A stretch of DNA of 64,000 bases. Source: Amphiscolops sp. MND2022 (lineage: Eukaryota). The notes below the pieces were generated by a model that saw only the letters and a list, made by a program, of their open reading frames with translations, had not been told where the DNA came from and did no database searches. Location: positions 84,446,001 through 84,510,000 of the forward strand of contig OZ076409.1 in assembly GCA_964187785.1 (NCBI GenBank). Reading direction: 5' to 3'. Position numbers and translations under genes: made by a program. Below, piece by piece: positions 1 to 10,832 of the stretch. How positions within the stretch are numbered: position 1 is the first letter of the stretch; each line of letters begins with the position of its first letter.

Positions 1-3000
1 AATTCAGGACCCACTGTAGTGATGCAAAGGCAGCACAACTTGAATAAGTGGAGGAGATGCTCTCGTGTTTGCAGGAAATCAAGGTTCATCAGGAAATCTA
101 TGAGGTCCTTAGCCTCTTCAGTAACTTCGAGCCCACCAGAGTACTTAGCGCGGAGGTAGTCAATTAGTTCAACATATTGATCCCTGCAGGCTGCTTCGAC
201 TGAGGCACTGATCCAAGAACGGCGCTGAAACGTACTAAAAAGGATGTCGAAATGCCGGAGCGCCACTTCCGTGGGACGTTTGACCATAATGTGAGGGTCG
301 AATGCAGCCAGCCCCTTGATGATATTGGAACTGAGCCCAGCTTGTCGCAGTACTTCACTAATTAGGTACTTTAAATAAGCCATGGCATCCTGGACGAACT
401 CAGTCTTGATGGTCTCGGCTGTTTTTTGGACCAGGGCCCGATCCGACCGTTTTCCAGAATGGACCCCTTCGGCTTTTCGCTTGCAAGCAGAGGCAACCTT
501 GTTAGTCATATTGAGCCGGACAAGAAATTCTCCAGCAGTCATGAGGGTTCCGTCACCCACTTGGAATCCCAGGAGGAGAAACCAGGCACTTGGCAAAGGA
601 ACCGAATCGCTAGTGAAACATCTGAAGCACAGCTGGTAGACGAATTTGGAAACCTCCCCACAGAGGAAGAATGAGGCGTCTCGTCTATGATGAGTGTTGA
701 CAATGAAGCTAGTGTTATCTAAGGAAAGGAATTGGTGCAGTTTAGAGTAGAAAACCTGACTAAAGATAATAAAGGTACACTAACAGTCACTGACGATCCG
801 GCAGAAGAGTTCCAACTTGACAAGAATAAATTCGTCACAAATTAGCCCCCACTCAAAACTTTGCACCTGTAATAAGGCCCTGTATTAGTACAATAGATAC
901 TGAACGGAAATGGGGACTCATCCTTCTATATACCTCAAGCAACTCCTAATCAGCATATATTTAAAGGCTGTAAGGATCTGGTTACTTACCCGAGTACGGA
1001 CTCCTTGACCTTGTTGCTTTGGCACGTGCGTCGTTAAGTAGCTTGTTATCGGCTTCCACTCCTCGATCAGTTCCTGGCAAAGGGTCGGTAAAGTGGAGAG
1101 CTCCAATTTGCAGCTGGATATGGCCTGGGAAGGAAATCGCAACTTAAACTCGAACAACTAAGGAAATTCGCTCCTCCCCCCCCCCAGTTAACACCTGATT
1201 GATCACGATTACAACACTAGGAAGGTGAACGTTATTTACCTGGGCTAGCTCTGGACTGCGTTGGTACCAGTCTTCGGAATGCGCTCCACCAAGAGAGATA
1301 ACCAGACCACGTAGGACTGAGAAAAAATCTATGTGGCCAAAGACACTGTAACTGGTCTTATGCATCATCTTGGGTAGATTCAATTGGTCAAACCGGAAAC
1401 AACTCTGCACAGCGCGGGAGAAGAGGGGAGAATAATCAATTGTGCGAAGAAGATCGACAGAGCTTCCGGAGCACGCCACTATGTCAGCCTTGGTGGAAAC
1501 GACAGACAACAGTCGGGACAATGATCCCAGTTCCCCGGTCAGGTCAGTAGCTGGTAGTTGGCTCCTGCAGATGAGGACCCGGTGAAGATTTTGGCCCTCC
1601 CAGTATCGTGCTGTCATGTACCGGTTAGGGCCCCTGTCCTCGAACTCTATGGCAAAGCACTGCTCAGCCGTAATCTGTTCTGCCAAGTGGTTCATAGCGC
1701 AGTTAAAGAAGTGTTGGAAGATGGCCTGAAATGGACAAGTACATTTAGTAACTTGGTCGATAACGCAAAAGCGATTGGTCAACTTACAGAAAAGAACCTA
1801 CCGTAATACGCTCTTCTGACCAATCGAAATCGCACAAGTTAGCCTGGTAGTCGGTGTGGGCACTGATTCTCGACCACAGACTCTTCAGCAGCGAGAAGTC
1901 GCCTTGGGTCTGTAGGAAGTCTCCTATGATGGACAGCTGTAGTTTTGCCCGCGACTCAGAGGTGACCAAGGCAGTAGGTCGCCCTTGCATGAAATCGTCG
2001 TAGAAGGGAAATCTCTCTCCTACGTCTACAAGTTCAGTGTGAATGAACTTCGGCAATTCTTTGGCCAGCTCGATTGCGGTCAGCACTTTCCCATTCCGAC
2101 CTCGGACTCGATGCCGTATCTTCCCACTGGATGGGTCCACACTCTTGAGGTGTTCGTACCTCCAACGTTGGTCTCGTCGCAGGTGTCTCTCTGTACGATG
2201 GTGGCGTAAAATTTCGAAAGCGCCCTTGGACCGAATTGAAAAGTTCTTTTTGCACATATGGCACCAGACCATATGTGGATTGTGTACCGGATCAGCGGGT
2301 CCAGAGATGAAAGATCGGGTCCACCCGATCTTGGCGAAAAATTCTTCCCGCATTGGGACCCCTCGACTGGCAAGTTTTCTTGGTTTAGTGGAGAGTTTGC
2401 GCCCAGAAGAACCTTTCGCCTTTGTCCCTCGGGCTTGCTGTTGGAGCTCTAGAAGTGTAGTTTCCTGACTACTGGGGCCTGTGGTCTCATCACCACCTGT
2501 GGTACATGTGGCAGCAAATCTGTCCTTTTCTTGAGAAGATTGAACAAGTTGGGATTCGCCCCCCAAGGTAGCTGAAATCAAAGCCATTTCAGTGGCACTG
2601 TCCGATTCCCCTTCGAAGGAAGAATCTCCTGTATCTCCTGCACTGGTAGGAGTTAAGGCCCTGGAGTCCGCGCTCGAGTCGTACTCAGCTTCTGAAGAGC
2701 TCTGGTCGTTCTGATCCCATCTGCCTGGAGTTTGTGCTCTGTTCCTGATGAGGAAGTGGGACGTCTTAGAGGGTGCAACAGTAGGTTTACCTCTGACGGC
2801 ATCGACGACCATCTTCCCCATGGTAGAGTAGGACATTCGAAGAGTTTCATCACTCAGGACTCGTAGCAAATGATACATCTGGGCCTCAGTAAAAGCCACA
2901 GTGGGGTGTCCTAGCGGTAGGTTAAATGGCTTGGTGTCAGCAAAGTATGTCTTCAAGATGGCTCGGCTTCGACCGGTTAGTTCTGGAAGGTGGTCATCAG

Positions 3001-4023
3001 GTCCCCGAGAGCTGGAAGGCATACCAGGTCCCACAGTGTCATGTCCTGGTCCTGACTCATCCCCGGCTTCAGTTCCGGATTCAGATCCAAAAGGGACAGA
3101 GCTGTAAAGGGCTGGTTCTTCTACATGACTTGTGTCGTCACCAGTCTTCTCGCTCTCAGTAGGGTCATCCGTCAAGAAGTGGACCTTTGGGTTATCTTTG
3201 GGCAGCCCAGGAAAGTCACAAGTGGAGGACGCGTTATCCCCATCACTTCGCTCCCGCAATTCTGTTTGTAAAGGAACTGGAACAAGAACCGGCAAGTCAG
3301 ACTGTGTACCGATGACAACGCCAAGAGCAGTCTCGAGTTGCGACAGGTTGGCGGACAGCCCAGCTGTTTCAGCATCAAGAGTTGGAGTACTTGACCTTGG
3401 GAGGAGGGGATTCAAATTACTCTCCGGAACTTGCGAGTTGAGGGCCGTATTGAGAGCTGTATCGATTGTGACGTCTGCTTCAGCTATGCGCCTAGCATGT
3501 GCATCCTCTAGCCGTTGGACCATCTCATCGGCATAAGAAGTAACATCTGTGTTACTGTCGGGACTATAAAGGGGAGTCATTTCCCCAGTTTGATTCCGGG
3601 AAGTTGTAGGAACCAGTGGCGGAAAAGGTGGAGGAGAAGGAACAGGGGGCCGAATTGGATCAGCATTAGAAGGCGGGCTAACCTCTTGAATTAGTGCAAC
3701 AGAGAGATCCGGAACAGTGTTGGAAGAAGTTTGTGGCTCATCTTCATTCTGGCCAACTAAACAGAAAGAAATGAAATTTGGCGGTGTGCTTCCTTGGAAA
3801 AAGTCCATTTTGACCGCTTTAGAAATCTTCCGGAAGTGTTTGAAATTTTAAATAGACGTGTTATCACGTGTCTTTTGATGGAAACAGGAAGCAGTTTATG
3901 AACAAAGTTAACCTTGATCACGTTAATTAGTTCAAAATATGATTACTCAAACCAACCTGTGTTAGCGATCTCTTGACACTGAAGTTTTTGCTCTTCCGGG
4001 GAAAGTCCTTGTCGGTCCGACAT
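1..4023 (-). CDS. Spliced gene encoding a low-complexity N-terminus, a BED-like zinc finger and a highly derived hAT-transposase-like body (3' end outside window)
   Basis: Predicted exons 4023-3957, 3756-1802, 1725-1240, 1124-990, an uncertain small exon near 790-870, and 718-<1. The first three introns are GT..AG and frame-preserving. Motifs: WCHMCKKNF..EILRHHRTERH (BED-like); FAIEFED..MTARYW; ELIEEWKPITSYL; IIKGLAAFDP; DLIDFL..HLLHLFKLCCLCI, in hAT domain order. Confidence 0.65.
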
Positions 4024-4931
4024 GATTGGATTGAACAGCTGGATTCGGACAAAAGAAGAAGAAGAAATCGGGTACCTGCGTGGAGGTGATGCTGGCAATG
4101 GAATTACGAGTGAGCCCAATAAATGCAAAACTAGGGTTGTAGACAAAGGAGAATAATGGAAAGAGTAAGGAGTAAATAGTAGGTGAATCAAATAATGTAA
4201 CAATTAGAAGAGAGAAAGTTGGAGTTCGTGGCTGAAGGAATTACCAGACTAGTATTACGGGATTATTTACATATTTATTCTGTACATGGAATCTGCCAGC
4301 GAAATGTACAAAGATTACTTCATTATTTACAACTTATGGAATTATTGGCCGATTACGGCCGTTTACCCTATTTCAGTTTATCATCTTGTTCCATTTCGTT
4401 TGTTATCCTAATTGGGACTTCCGTTATTATAGTTACTCAAATCATTATTTCCGCCATTTTAAATTATTTTGATTTATCATTTTCGCCATTTTAGTTATTC
4501 AAATTATTATTTTTCGCCATCTTTATTATTCATTTTTCAAATTTATCGAAGCTCAAATTTGATTGGCTGATGCCATTTGGTAGACTTCGCCTGACGCATG
4601 CCGTTAATTACTATCAAGCTCGATATTGATTACCCACTTGAAAGCGGAATTATTTGTTGTTGTCAACTTAACACCTCTCTGATTACCTACTTGAGAGGGT
4701 GGGCTCGGGGGGCAGCGTTCCGATATTCAAAGGGCGAACCGCCGCTGAGAAACTCCATTCAGGAAAGTTTACGACGGATCAGACTGATTAACCAAAGATT
4801 TTGCCGCTGAAACGAAACCCCGGGAAAACGGCCCGAGTCGGCCTGAGGAGAGTTTTATAAATTCATTCAACTTTGAATCTCACTTGCAGCTAGTTGCCTT
4901 CATAAACTTCAAAATAGCTAAAAAATTCATC

Positions 4932-5714
4932 ATGGATAAATACGCAAAATCTGGAAAGCTCTTCGAGATGGCTGAACTGGACTCAGACTCATCAGGCGAT
5001 TCAGTCATTTACATAAGCAGCGATGAGGAAACCTCAGTTGATTTAGACTCAGACTGGTCGACGGACACGGACGAAATGATCAGAAGGGTGGAGAAGCAGG
5101 TAGTGTCCAGCCCCATTCTAATTGCCGGACGTGTCATGACGACTAGCAGTATGGAGGAAGAAATGGTCGCAGGACCAAGCACCAGGCAGCCGGGGCAAGA
5201 TGTGACTCCCAAGTTAGACACAAAATACTTTGATCACGAAAGGTGCTATGCCCCGTCAAAAAGAGCGGAGAAATCACGAATTGAGCTCTGCAAGACGCTG
5301 CTGCCAGTGCTAGAATCACCGATGTCTCCACCAATCCATGAGAGGGGGCCAAGCCAGGACACTCCTCTGGTCCAGCCCGCAGTAAGTGATTTTCATGTGT
5401 CTTATCACGTGCAGAACTCGGTGCCCTACCAAAACGTCAGCGAGACCCAATATACTGGGTGTATGGTTTGTGGCCGCTCTGTAGATGCAATCAAGAGTGA
5501 GAGAGTCAGATGGTATATGGAACGATCCACCCCAAGGAACGAGCCCGAGCACATCACGAAGTTGAGGAAAGAGGCCTACGAGAATGGGCTTAATGCGGGA
5601 TGCTTCCTTTTCATAACACCCGCAGTGTCGCAGGCTGCCGCCTGTGACGGCACGACGGTAACTACTTCGGCAGTTGGTCAAGAATATGTACCCGGAACCT
5701 TACCTATTTATTAA
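4932..5714 (+). CDS. Accessory ORF of unknown function (~260 aa from ATG 4932), acidic N-terminus, CxxC; last 30 codons lie inside the LTR
   Basis: ORF track 4884-5714 with CMVCGRS. Its C-terminus SQAAACDG...GTLPIY* is conserved as SQAAACDD...GTLPIY* at the start of the second LTR copy (stop 7932-7934). Confidence 0.7.
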   Translation: MDKYAKSGKLFEMAELDSDSSGDSVIYISSDEETSVDLDSDWSTDTDEMIRRVEKQVVSSPILIAGRVMTTSSMEEEMVAGPSTRQPGQDVTPKLDTKYFDHERCYAPSKRAEKSRIELCKTLLPVLESPMSPPIHERGPSQDTPLVQPAVSDFHVSYHVQNSVPYQNVSETQYTGCMVCGRSVDAIKSERVRWYMERSTPRNEPEHITKLRKEAYENGLNAGCFLFITPAVSQAAACDGTTVTTSAVGQEYVPGTLPIY

Positions 5715-7471
5715 GAACTTACAATTGATATCAAACTTTCACGCCATTTTGTTATTTTGTGCATTATGATCATTGATGACGCTCATTTTATATACAATTA
5801 GTCTGTTAAATCTAACAATTGGAAATTTCAATTGAGCTGATGGAGTTGTAAGGCGCTAATTTAAAGCAATAGAAAATTCAATGAAACGAGCAACTGTAAG
5901 GCAGTATAGGAAACGAGTTCAAGTGACGTACGGCAATGTACCGCCAGCGTCACTTGAGCACGTTACCTCAACCAATCATATCGCAGTATGCAATCTCGTT
6001 TGTTGATGCTATTTAATTAATGGCCGAGTAAGGCCAATTACCGCGCTTTTAATATTCTCTTTTGGTACACTGGTCAAATGACCGGTTCCGTCCCATTGGT
6101 TCAAAATTGAAATAAGGTGATAATTTGACATGTAACAAATCATGTTTGCTGAGTTTGTGTTTTCATAATAGCCAGATCTTTGTTCTTAACTGATGCTTCA
6201 TTTTAATACCCAACCTTTTGCTAGGCCCTTAAGGCCATATTTCATTAGTACTTGCCCATTAATTAGCCGGCTATTCCCGGCCATTGGAATTGTTACGTTC
6301 CTTTGAAAAGTGATGCAGTACATGTATTTGGGGCTAATCGGTTAATCAACGCATATAATTATTAATATGTCAATTGGCCGTATTGGGCCTAATAACATGA
6401 AGTGCTTCACACTGCTGCAAAGCTAATTTAGGTCACGTGGTGGCACGTGCCAGAAAGGAATGTATGCAATGTTATTTATATTCATGATGAGTACTAGTTC
6501 CTTTGATAGACGGAAATTTCATTTGATGCACTAGTAAATATTTTGATGCCGCCTTTGATGAATGAATAGTTGTGATTGTAAAATGTTAGGAATTTTCCCA
6601 ATCGGGACATCACCCTAAAATAGTTGCTTTGAAGTATTAATACCCGATGCCGTAATGATATTTGTCACATGACCTGTTGAGGACATAACCACATGATATT
6701 ATCTTGATCAAAGAATCCGTGGAATGTAAGTGTCATCTTTCAGGAGTATATATAGTCACTTTCCTGCAAAGGGACACACAATTTCTATAACCTTGCTTTG
6801 ATAAAGATTGATTTATTACAACGACGTTTGTCAGTTTTCCGGTTTTAATAATTGAATTATTCAACCCGGTTCAATTTCAATGCCTACCACAAGGAAACAA
6901 AGGAAAGCGAGAAAATCAAGAGAGGCAGAAATGTTGTCAGATATTGAGAATTTAGACATAATGCTTGGAGGAAATCATTACAATAGAAACGAAAGGAGTG
7001 ATAGTCTAAATAGTAACCAGGCCAGAAGACCTAGTAGTCCTTTTGGCGACGAATTTGAAAATGAGGATGAAAATAGGTTATCTAACTCTGAGAACAATGG
7101 ACCTAGTCCAAATGCCGAACTAGGCCAGAACTCAGCTAGAGGTAGTTCTAACGCCGAGATCAACAGATTGTCGAGTGAGTTGAATTCCCGTATATCTCGG
7201 GAGATGGATGAGATGATGAACAGCGTCAGTGTGCAGATTCAAAGAGCTATAAGTGAGGCAATTAGCAATCAAGTTCTTCCCCAGATTCAAAATGCCCTTA
7301 TGGCCGATTCCGGACATATGACCAAAGAGAGATGGAACGTTCCGTCTGAGAGACCGGAAGGATATTCTGAAGTTCTGCGTAATTCAGACTCTAGAAACAA
7401 TTCGAAGAGTAAGACACTTGGTAATCGTGAGAAGGACGGATTCACATTAACGGACACCCGTGCTTACGACA
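5626..7471 (+). repeat. LTR (family A, 1846 bp)
   Basis: Starts TGTCGCAGGCTGCCGCCTGTGACG, identical to 7846; ends TACGACA; contains TATA box and gag-like start. Confidence 0.8.
6747..6754 (+). promoter_or_regulatory. TATA box of family A LTR
   Basis: GGAGTATATATAG occurs at 6743-6755 and 8862-8874, each ~125-135 bp upstream of the conserved ATG. Confidence 0.6.
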
Positions 7472-7554
7472 CTTACCGCATCCATTTTCTCACTTGCTGC
7501 ATCCACTTGCTCTCTCCATCCAGAGTGGGGAAAAGAATCTTAGAAGGGGAATAA
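6880..7554 (+). CDS. N-terminal ~197 codons of a putative gag-like ORF starting inside the LTR; residues after 7471 are flank-derived
   Basis: MPTTRKQ..SDIENLDIMLG and EINRLSSELNSRISREMDEMM..ISEAISNQVLPQIQ are conserved in 8989-9606 and, degenerate, at 44456. Similarity ends at the LTR end (RAYD). Confidence 0.6.
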   Translation: MPTTRKQRKARKSREAEMLSDIENLDIMLGGNHYNRNERSDSLNSNQARRPSSPFGDEFENEDENRLSNSENNGPSPNAELGQNSARGSSNAEINRLSSELNSRISREMDEMMNSVSVQIQRAISEAISNQVLPQIQNALMADSGHMTKERWNVPSERPEGYSEVLRNSDSRNNSKSKTLGNREKDGFTLTDTRAYDTYRIHFLTCCIHLLSPSRVGKRILEGE

Positions 7555-7714
7555 TATCTAAAGTCAAAAAAGGGAATAAGATCTAAAGGAAATAAGATAT
7601 AAAATTTCAGGACGGGTATAAGATCTAAAAATTCAGGACGGCAATAAGATCTAAAAGGAATAAGATATAAAACAACTAAATTTTAGATCTTGTACTTAAA
7701 ATCCTATTCCCCCT
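7545..7714. repeat. Short element with tandem AATAAGATCTAAA units and weak terminal inverted repeats
   Basis: About 6 copies of (A)ATAAGAT(C/A)TAAA; ends AGGGGAATA / TATTCCCCCT. Confidence 0.4.
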
Positions 7715-7845
7715 CCCAAAAAAATTGCTATGGCTCAGTTGGTGAAGGCGAAAAGGGAAGAAAATAACCGGTGCTTAGCGGGCGTCTTGTTCATCTCGTT
7801 TTGTTGTATTGTGCTCCACTAGGGCTTTTTTTCGGAAATAAAAAC

Positions 7846-9550
7846 TGTCGCAGGCTGCCGCCTGTGACGATACAAGGTATACGACATGCGCCGGCAAACA
7901 AGATCCAGAACTAGGTACACTCCCTATATACTGAAGCTAAACTTTTCTGATACAAGTTAATATTGTTTCATAATGTTGCTACATTTTTGTTTTGAATATT
8001 AGTCTGTTAACATTATGTACTGAAATTTAAGTATTAATGGCTGAATTGTTAAGAATAGTGAATTGCAAATATAGCTGTACAGTTGTGATGCTAGGCAAAT
8101 GTATAACACTGCGTAGAAGTACGGACACGAGTTCAAACGAGCTCCCGTACTTTTACGGCAGCGATACTTACCGGTGCCTCATTGAGCAACCATAGTTCTC
8201 CATTTTCATAGTGCAGTATAGTTGTTTGCCGGTTACGGCTGTTTGGCTAAATGCTCGCTGTACAATAATAGTGATTAGGCAAATGGCCGGTTCAGGCTCA
8301 ATATAGTGACAAATGTTCAAAGCGCTGTGAATGCTTCAAAAGTAATTAGTTATGTTCTTGTGTAGTGTTTAGATGCTTAGATGTTCTGTTAATGAGGATT
8401 ATTAATGTCGTTTAGAGTGTTTGCTGCTAGCTAAAGTAATAGCCATCTGTGTCAGTCTCTAGACCTAATCCGGTAGACAAACTATGATAGCCACCAGTCT
8501 ACTAGCCTTGTTAGGCTACATTGTCATTGCTGTATTAACATGTAATTTTGATGCCTGATGCGTTCTGTAACATTTTGCGGTACGTGCTTAGGCACGTGTC
8601 CAAGTGCGTTATCACATACTTTCAATATTTCACTTGAAATATTGATTTGAAACTAATATTAGTTTACGGTCAGGTGACATAATTTTCCGAAAATGTTGCA
8701 TTGAACTGATTTTTTTAGTACTTTAATTTTGATGACGTTGGCGCTATATCAAAGAATTGTTGATGTTGATCACACGCAATTTCTAGTAAATGTGTTTGAA
8801 ATGCTGTTGCTAATACTTGTTCGAATTTGTCAAAACTTGTTCAGCTAGTATCATGCTGACGGGAGTATATATAGCCCTTACTCCCCGATGCTGACACAAC
8901 TTTGCAGAACTTTTTTACCGTTCAAATTCACTTGAAATTGTTTTTTTTCTGATAGACCTAATTGCAGATTCATAATCAGATATTTTTCATGCCTACCACA
9001 AGAAAGCAAAAAAGTGAAGCTAGAAAATCTAGAGAAGTTGATATGTCATCAGATATGGAAAACATGGATATAATCCTAGGTAGCAATCACGTTGAAAGAG
9101 AGGAGGCGATCAGAAGGCCTGAGAGTTCAAGTTACAATGCCTTGACAAACCATGATTCTAATTCTCACTCTAACTCTAGAGAGAATGAAATTAAGGGTTT
9201 TGCCGGAAATGGTCACAACTCGAGAGAGGCTGTTTCTAATAGCGAAATCAATAGACTGTCAGGGGAATTGAACCAAAGGATCACTCAAGGAATGAATGAT
9301 CTGATGAGTAGAGTGAGTTCACAGATCAAGAATGTCATAAGTGAAGCCATCAATGAACAATTTTTGCCTCAGATAGAAGCTTCTCTTAGGTTCGGTCAAG
9401 GACAAATGCCTCGTAAAGGATTAAATGTCCCGGCTGAGAGACCGGAATGCAGACCCGAAAAAACATTCAATCGCAAGATTAAAAGCAGTTCGAGAGATGA
9501 GTTTCCCCGAAGCCTGATTATGGGTGACGATGACGAGGATACTCATTACC
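7846..9550 (+). mobile_element. Solo LTR, family A (diverged copy, ~1.7 kb)
   Basis: Same 24-bp start as 5626, same TATA box, homologous ORF fragments at both ends; the end is mutated (TTACC) and the TSD imperfect (AAAAC/AAATT). Confidence 0.75.
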
Positions 9551-9606
9551 AAATTTTCCCAAATATCTCAAGTTCTGTGGAGGCAATCTGCATAAGTTCA
9601 CACTAA
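8989..9606 (+). CDS. Paralog of the gag-like N-terminal ORF within a solo LTR
   Basis: MPTTRKQKSEARKSRE..SDMENMDIILG; EINRLSGELNQRITQGMNDLM; similarity to 6880-7554 stops at the LTR end. Confidence 0.6.
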   Translation: MPTTRKQKSEARKSREVDMSSDMENMDIILGSNHVEREEAIRRPESSSYNALTNHDSNSHSNSRENEIKGFAGNGHNSREAVSNSEINRLSGELNQRITQGMNDLMSRVSSQIKNVISEAINEQFLPQIEASLRFGQGQMPRKGLNVPAERPECRPEKTFNRKIKSSSRDEFPRSLIMGDDDEDTHYQIFPNISSSVEAICISSH

Positions 9607-10412
9607 CTTTTTTCAGTTTTAATATGACAGTGGGTGTTTTCAACATACAGAAAGCAGGTAATCGCTTATAATTTCGTTTCCAGAAACAATCAATGGCTTT
9701 TAAAGTTCCGGAAACATGGACCGGTAAACTTTTGTATTCACTTCTCAGGTCTACAATTGGTTAGTTTTTCACTCGATTGAAGCAACAATTTTATTCAGCC
9801 GTTCAGATGTTTTTCGAGAGCTGCGATTAGATTGCCATTTTTTATTTTTAATGAGATTTTTCTTGGAATCTGACTTGCAAAATCTTCGCTAAGATTGTTC
9901 CATGAAAACTATTATTAAGGTCGAGATGGCTAGGAAAATGTTTCAAGAGCGAAAAAAGCCATATTTAATTTTGGAAAAAAAAGAATATTTTGGGCGTTTG
10001 TGGTTATAATGTTGGCTTCGAACAAGAAATACATTGCGTGAAATCAGTTAATTAATTCCATGAAAAGGTTTTATGAGCATTTTTTATTCGTTGAAATGTT
10101 TTCTGGTCGTCTTCAAAAAGTAAGAAGAAGCTAATACGGTGATTGAGAGTGTTTTTGCCTAATTTAAATTTAAAAATCAGTTTAAATAGTTATTTGAAAT
10201 TGAACTGAGTACGTAATCTACCGCTAAGATCCATGGATGCACAATACAACTATTCTTATCAGTTTTGGGGACAGACAGGTTTGTCTAGACAGTCTCTACG
10301 TTGACCTCTGTTGAGGCTTCAATATACTTCATTTTGTTCTGATTTAAGCTCTTTTTAACCATATATGTGACCCGATTTTTTTTTCGGCACTGCGAGACTT
10401 GTCAGTAAATAC

Positions 10413-10832
10413 TAGGGATGTACCGGAATTCCGGCCGGATTTCAAAAAAAATTTCGGTTCCGGCCGGAATCATCATTGGTTCCGGTCGGAACAAAATTCT
10501 CTTAAAAACAGCATTCTTTCCAAATTGTTTCATAAATTGATACAATTGACTAAAACAATTTCAGATCATGGTGAAGAAATAAAAGTATTTTACAGCAAAA
10601 TATGTCCACACGGCTGATGCCATAAATATCTTAAAATAAATTAAACGCTGAAAGTCAGTATGCAAGTTTTTTATTACTGAGAAATCGCATATAAAGCAAT
10701 CGATACAAAGCAAAGAACAGGTTACGTAAAGGTAGGATAGCACAATCAAAGTTCCGGTCTGGTTCCGGCCGGAACTGGAAATCGAGTTCCGGTTCCGGCC
10801 GGAACTCAAAAACACATTCCGGTACATCCCTA
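10413..10832. mobile_element. hAT-type MITE (420 bp)
   Basis: TIRs TAGGGATGTACCGGAAT / ATTCCGGTACATCCCTA; 8-bp TSD GTAAATAC (10405-10412, 10833-10840); subterminal TTCCGG repeats. Confidence 0.9.

Larger units (their letters stand above)
1..7471 (+). mobile_element. 3' portion of a large LTR-retrotransposon-like element (internal accessory region plus 3' LTR); continues left of the window
   Basis: LTR 5626-7471 (TGTCG...CGACA) is delimited by homologous solo copies at 7846 and 43631. ORF 4932-5714 reads from the internal region into the LTR. No RT or integrase lies in this part of the window. Inclusion of 1-4023 in the element is inferred. Confidence 0.65.
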
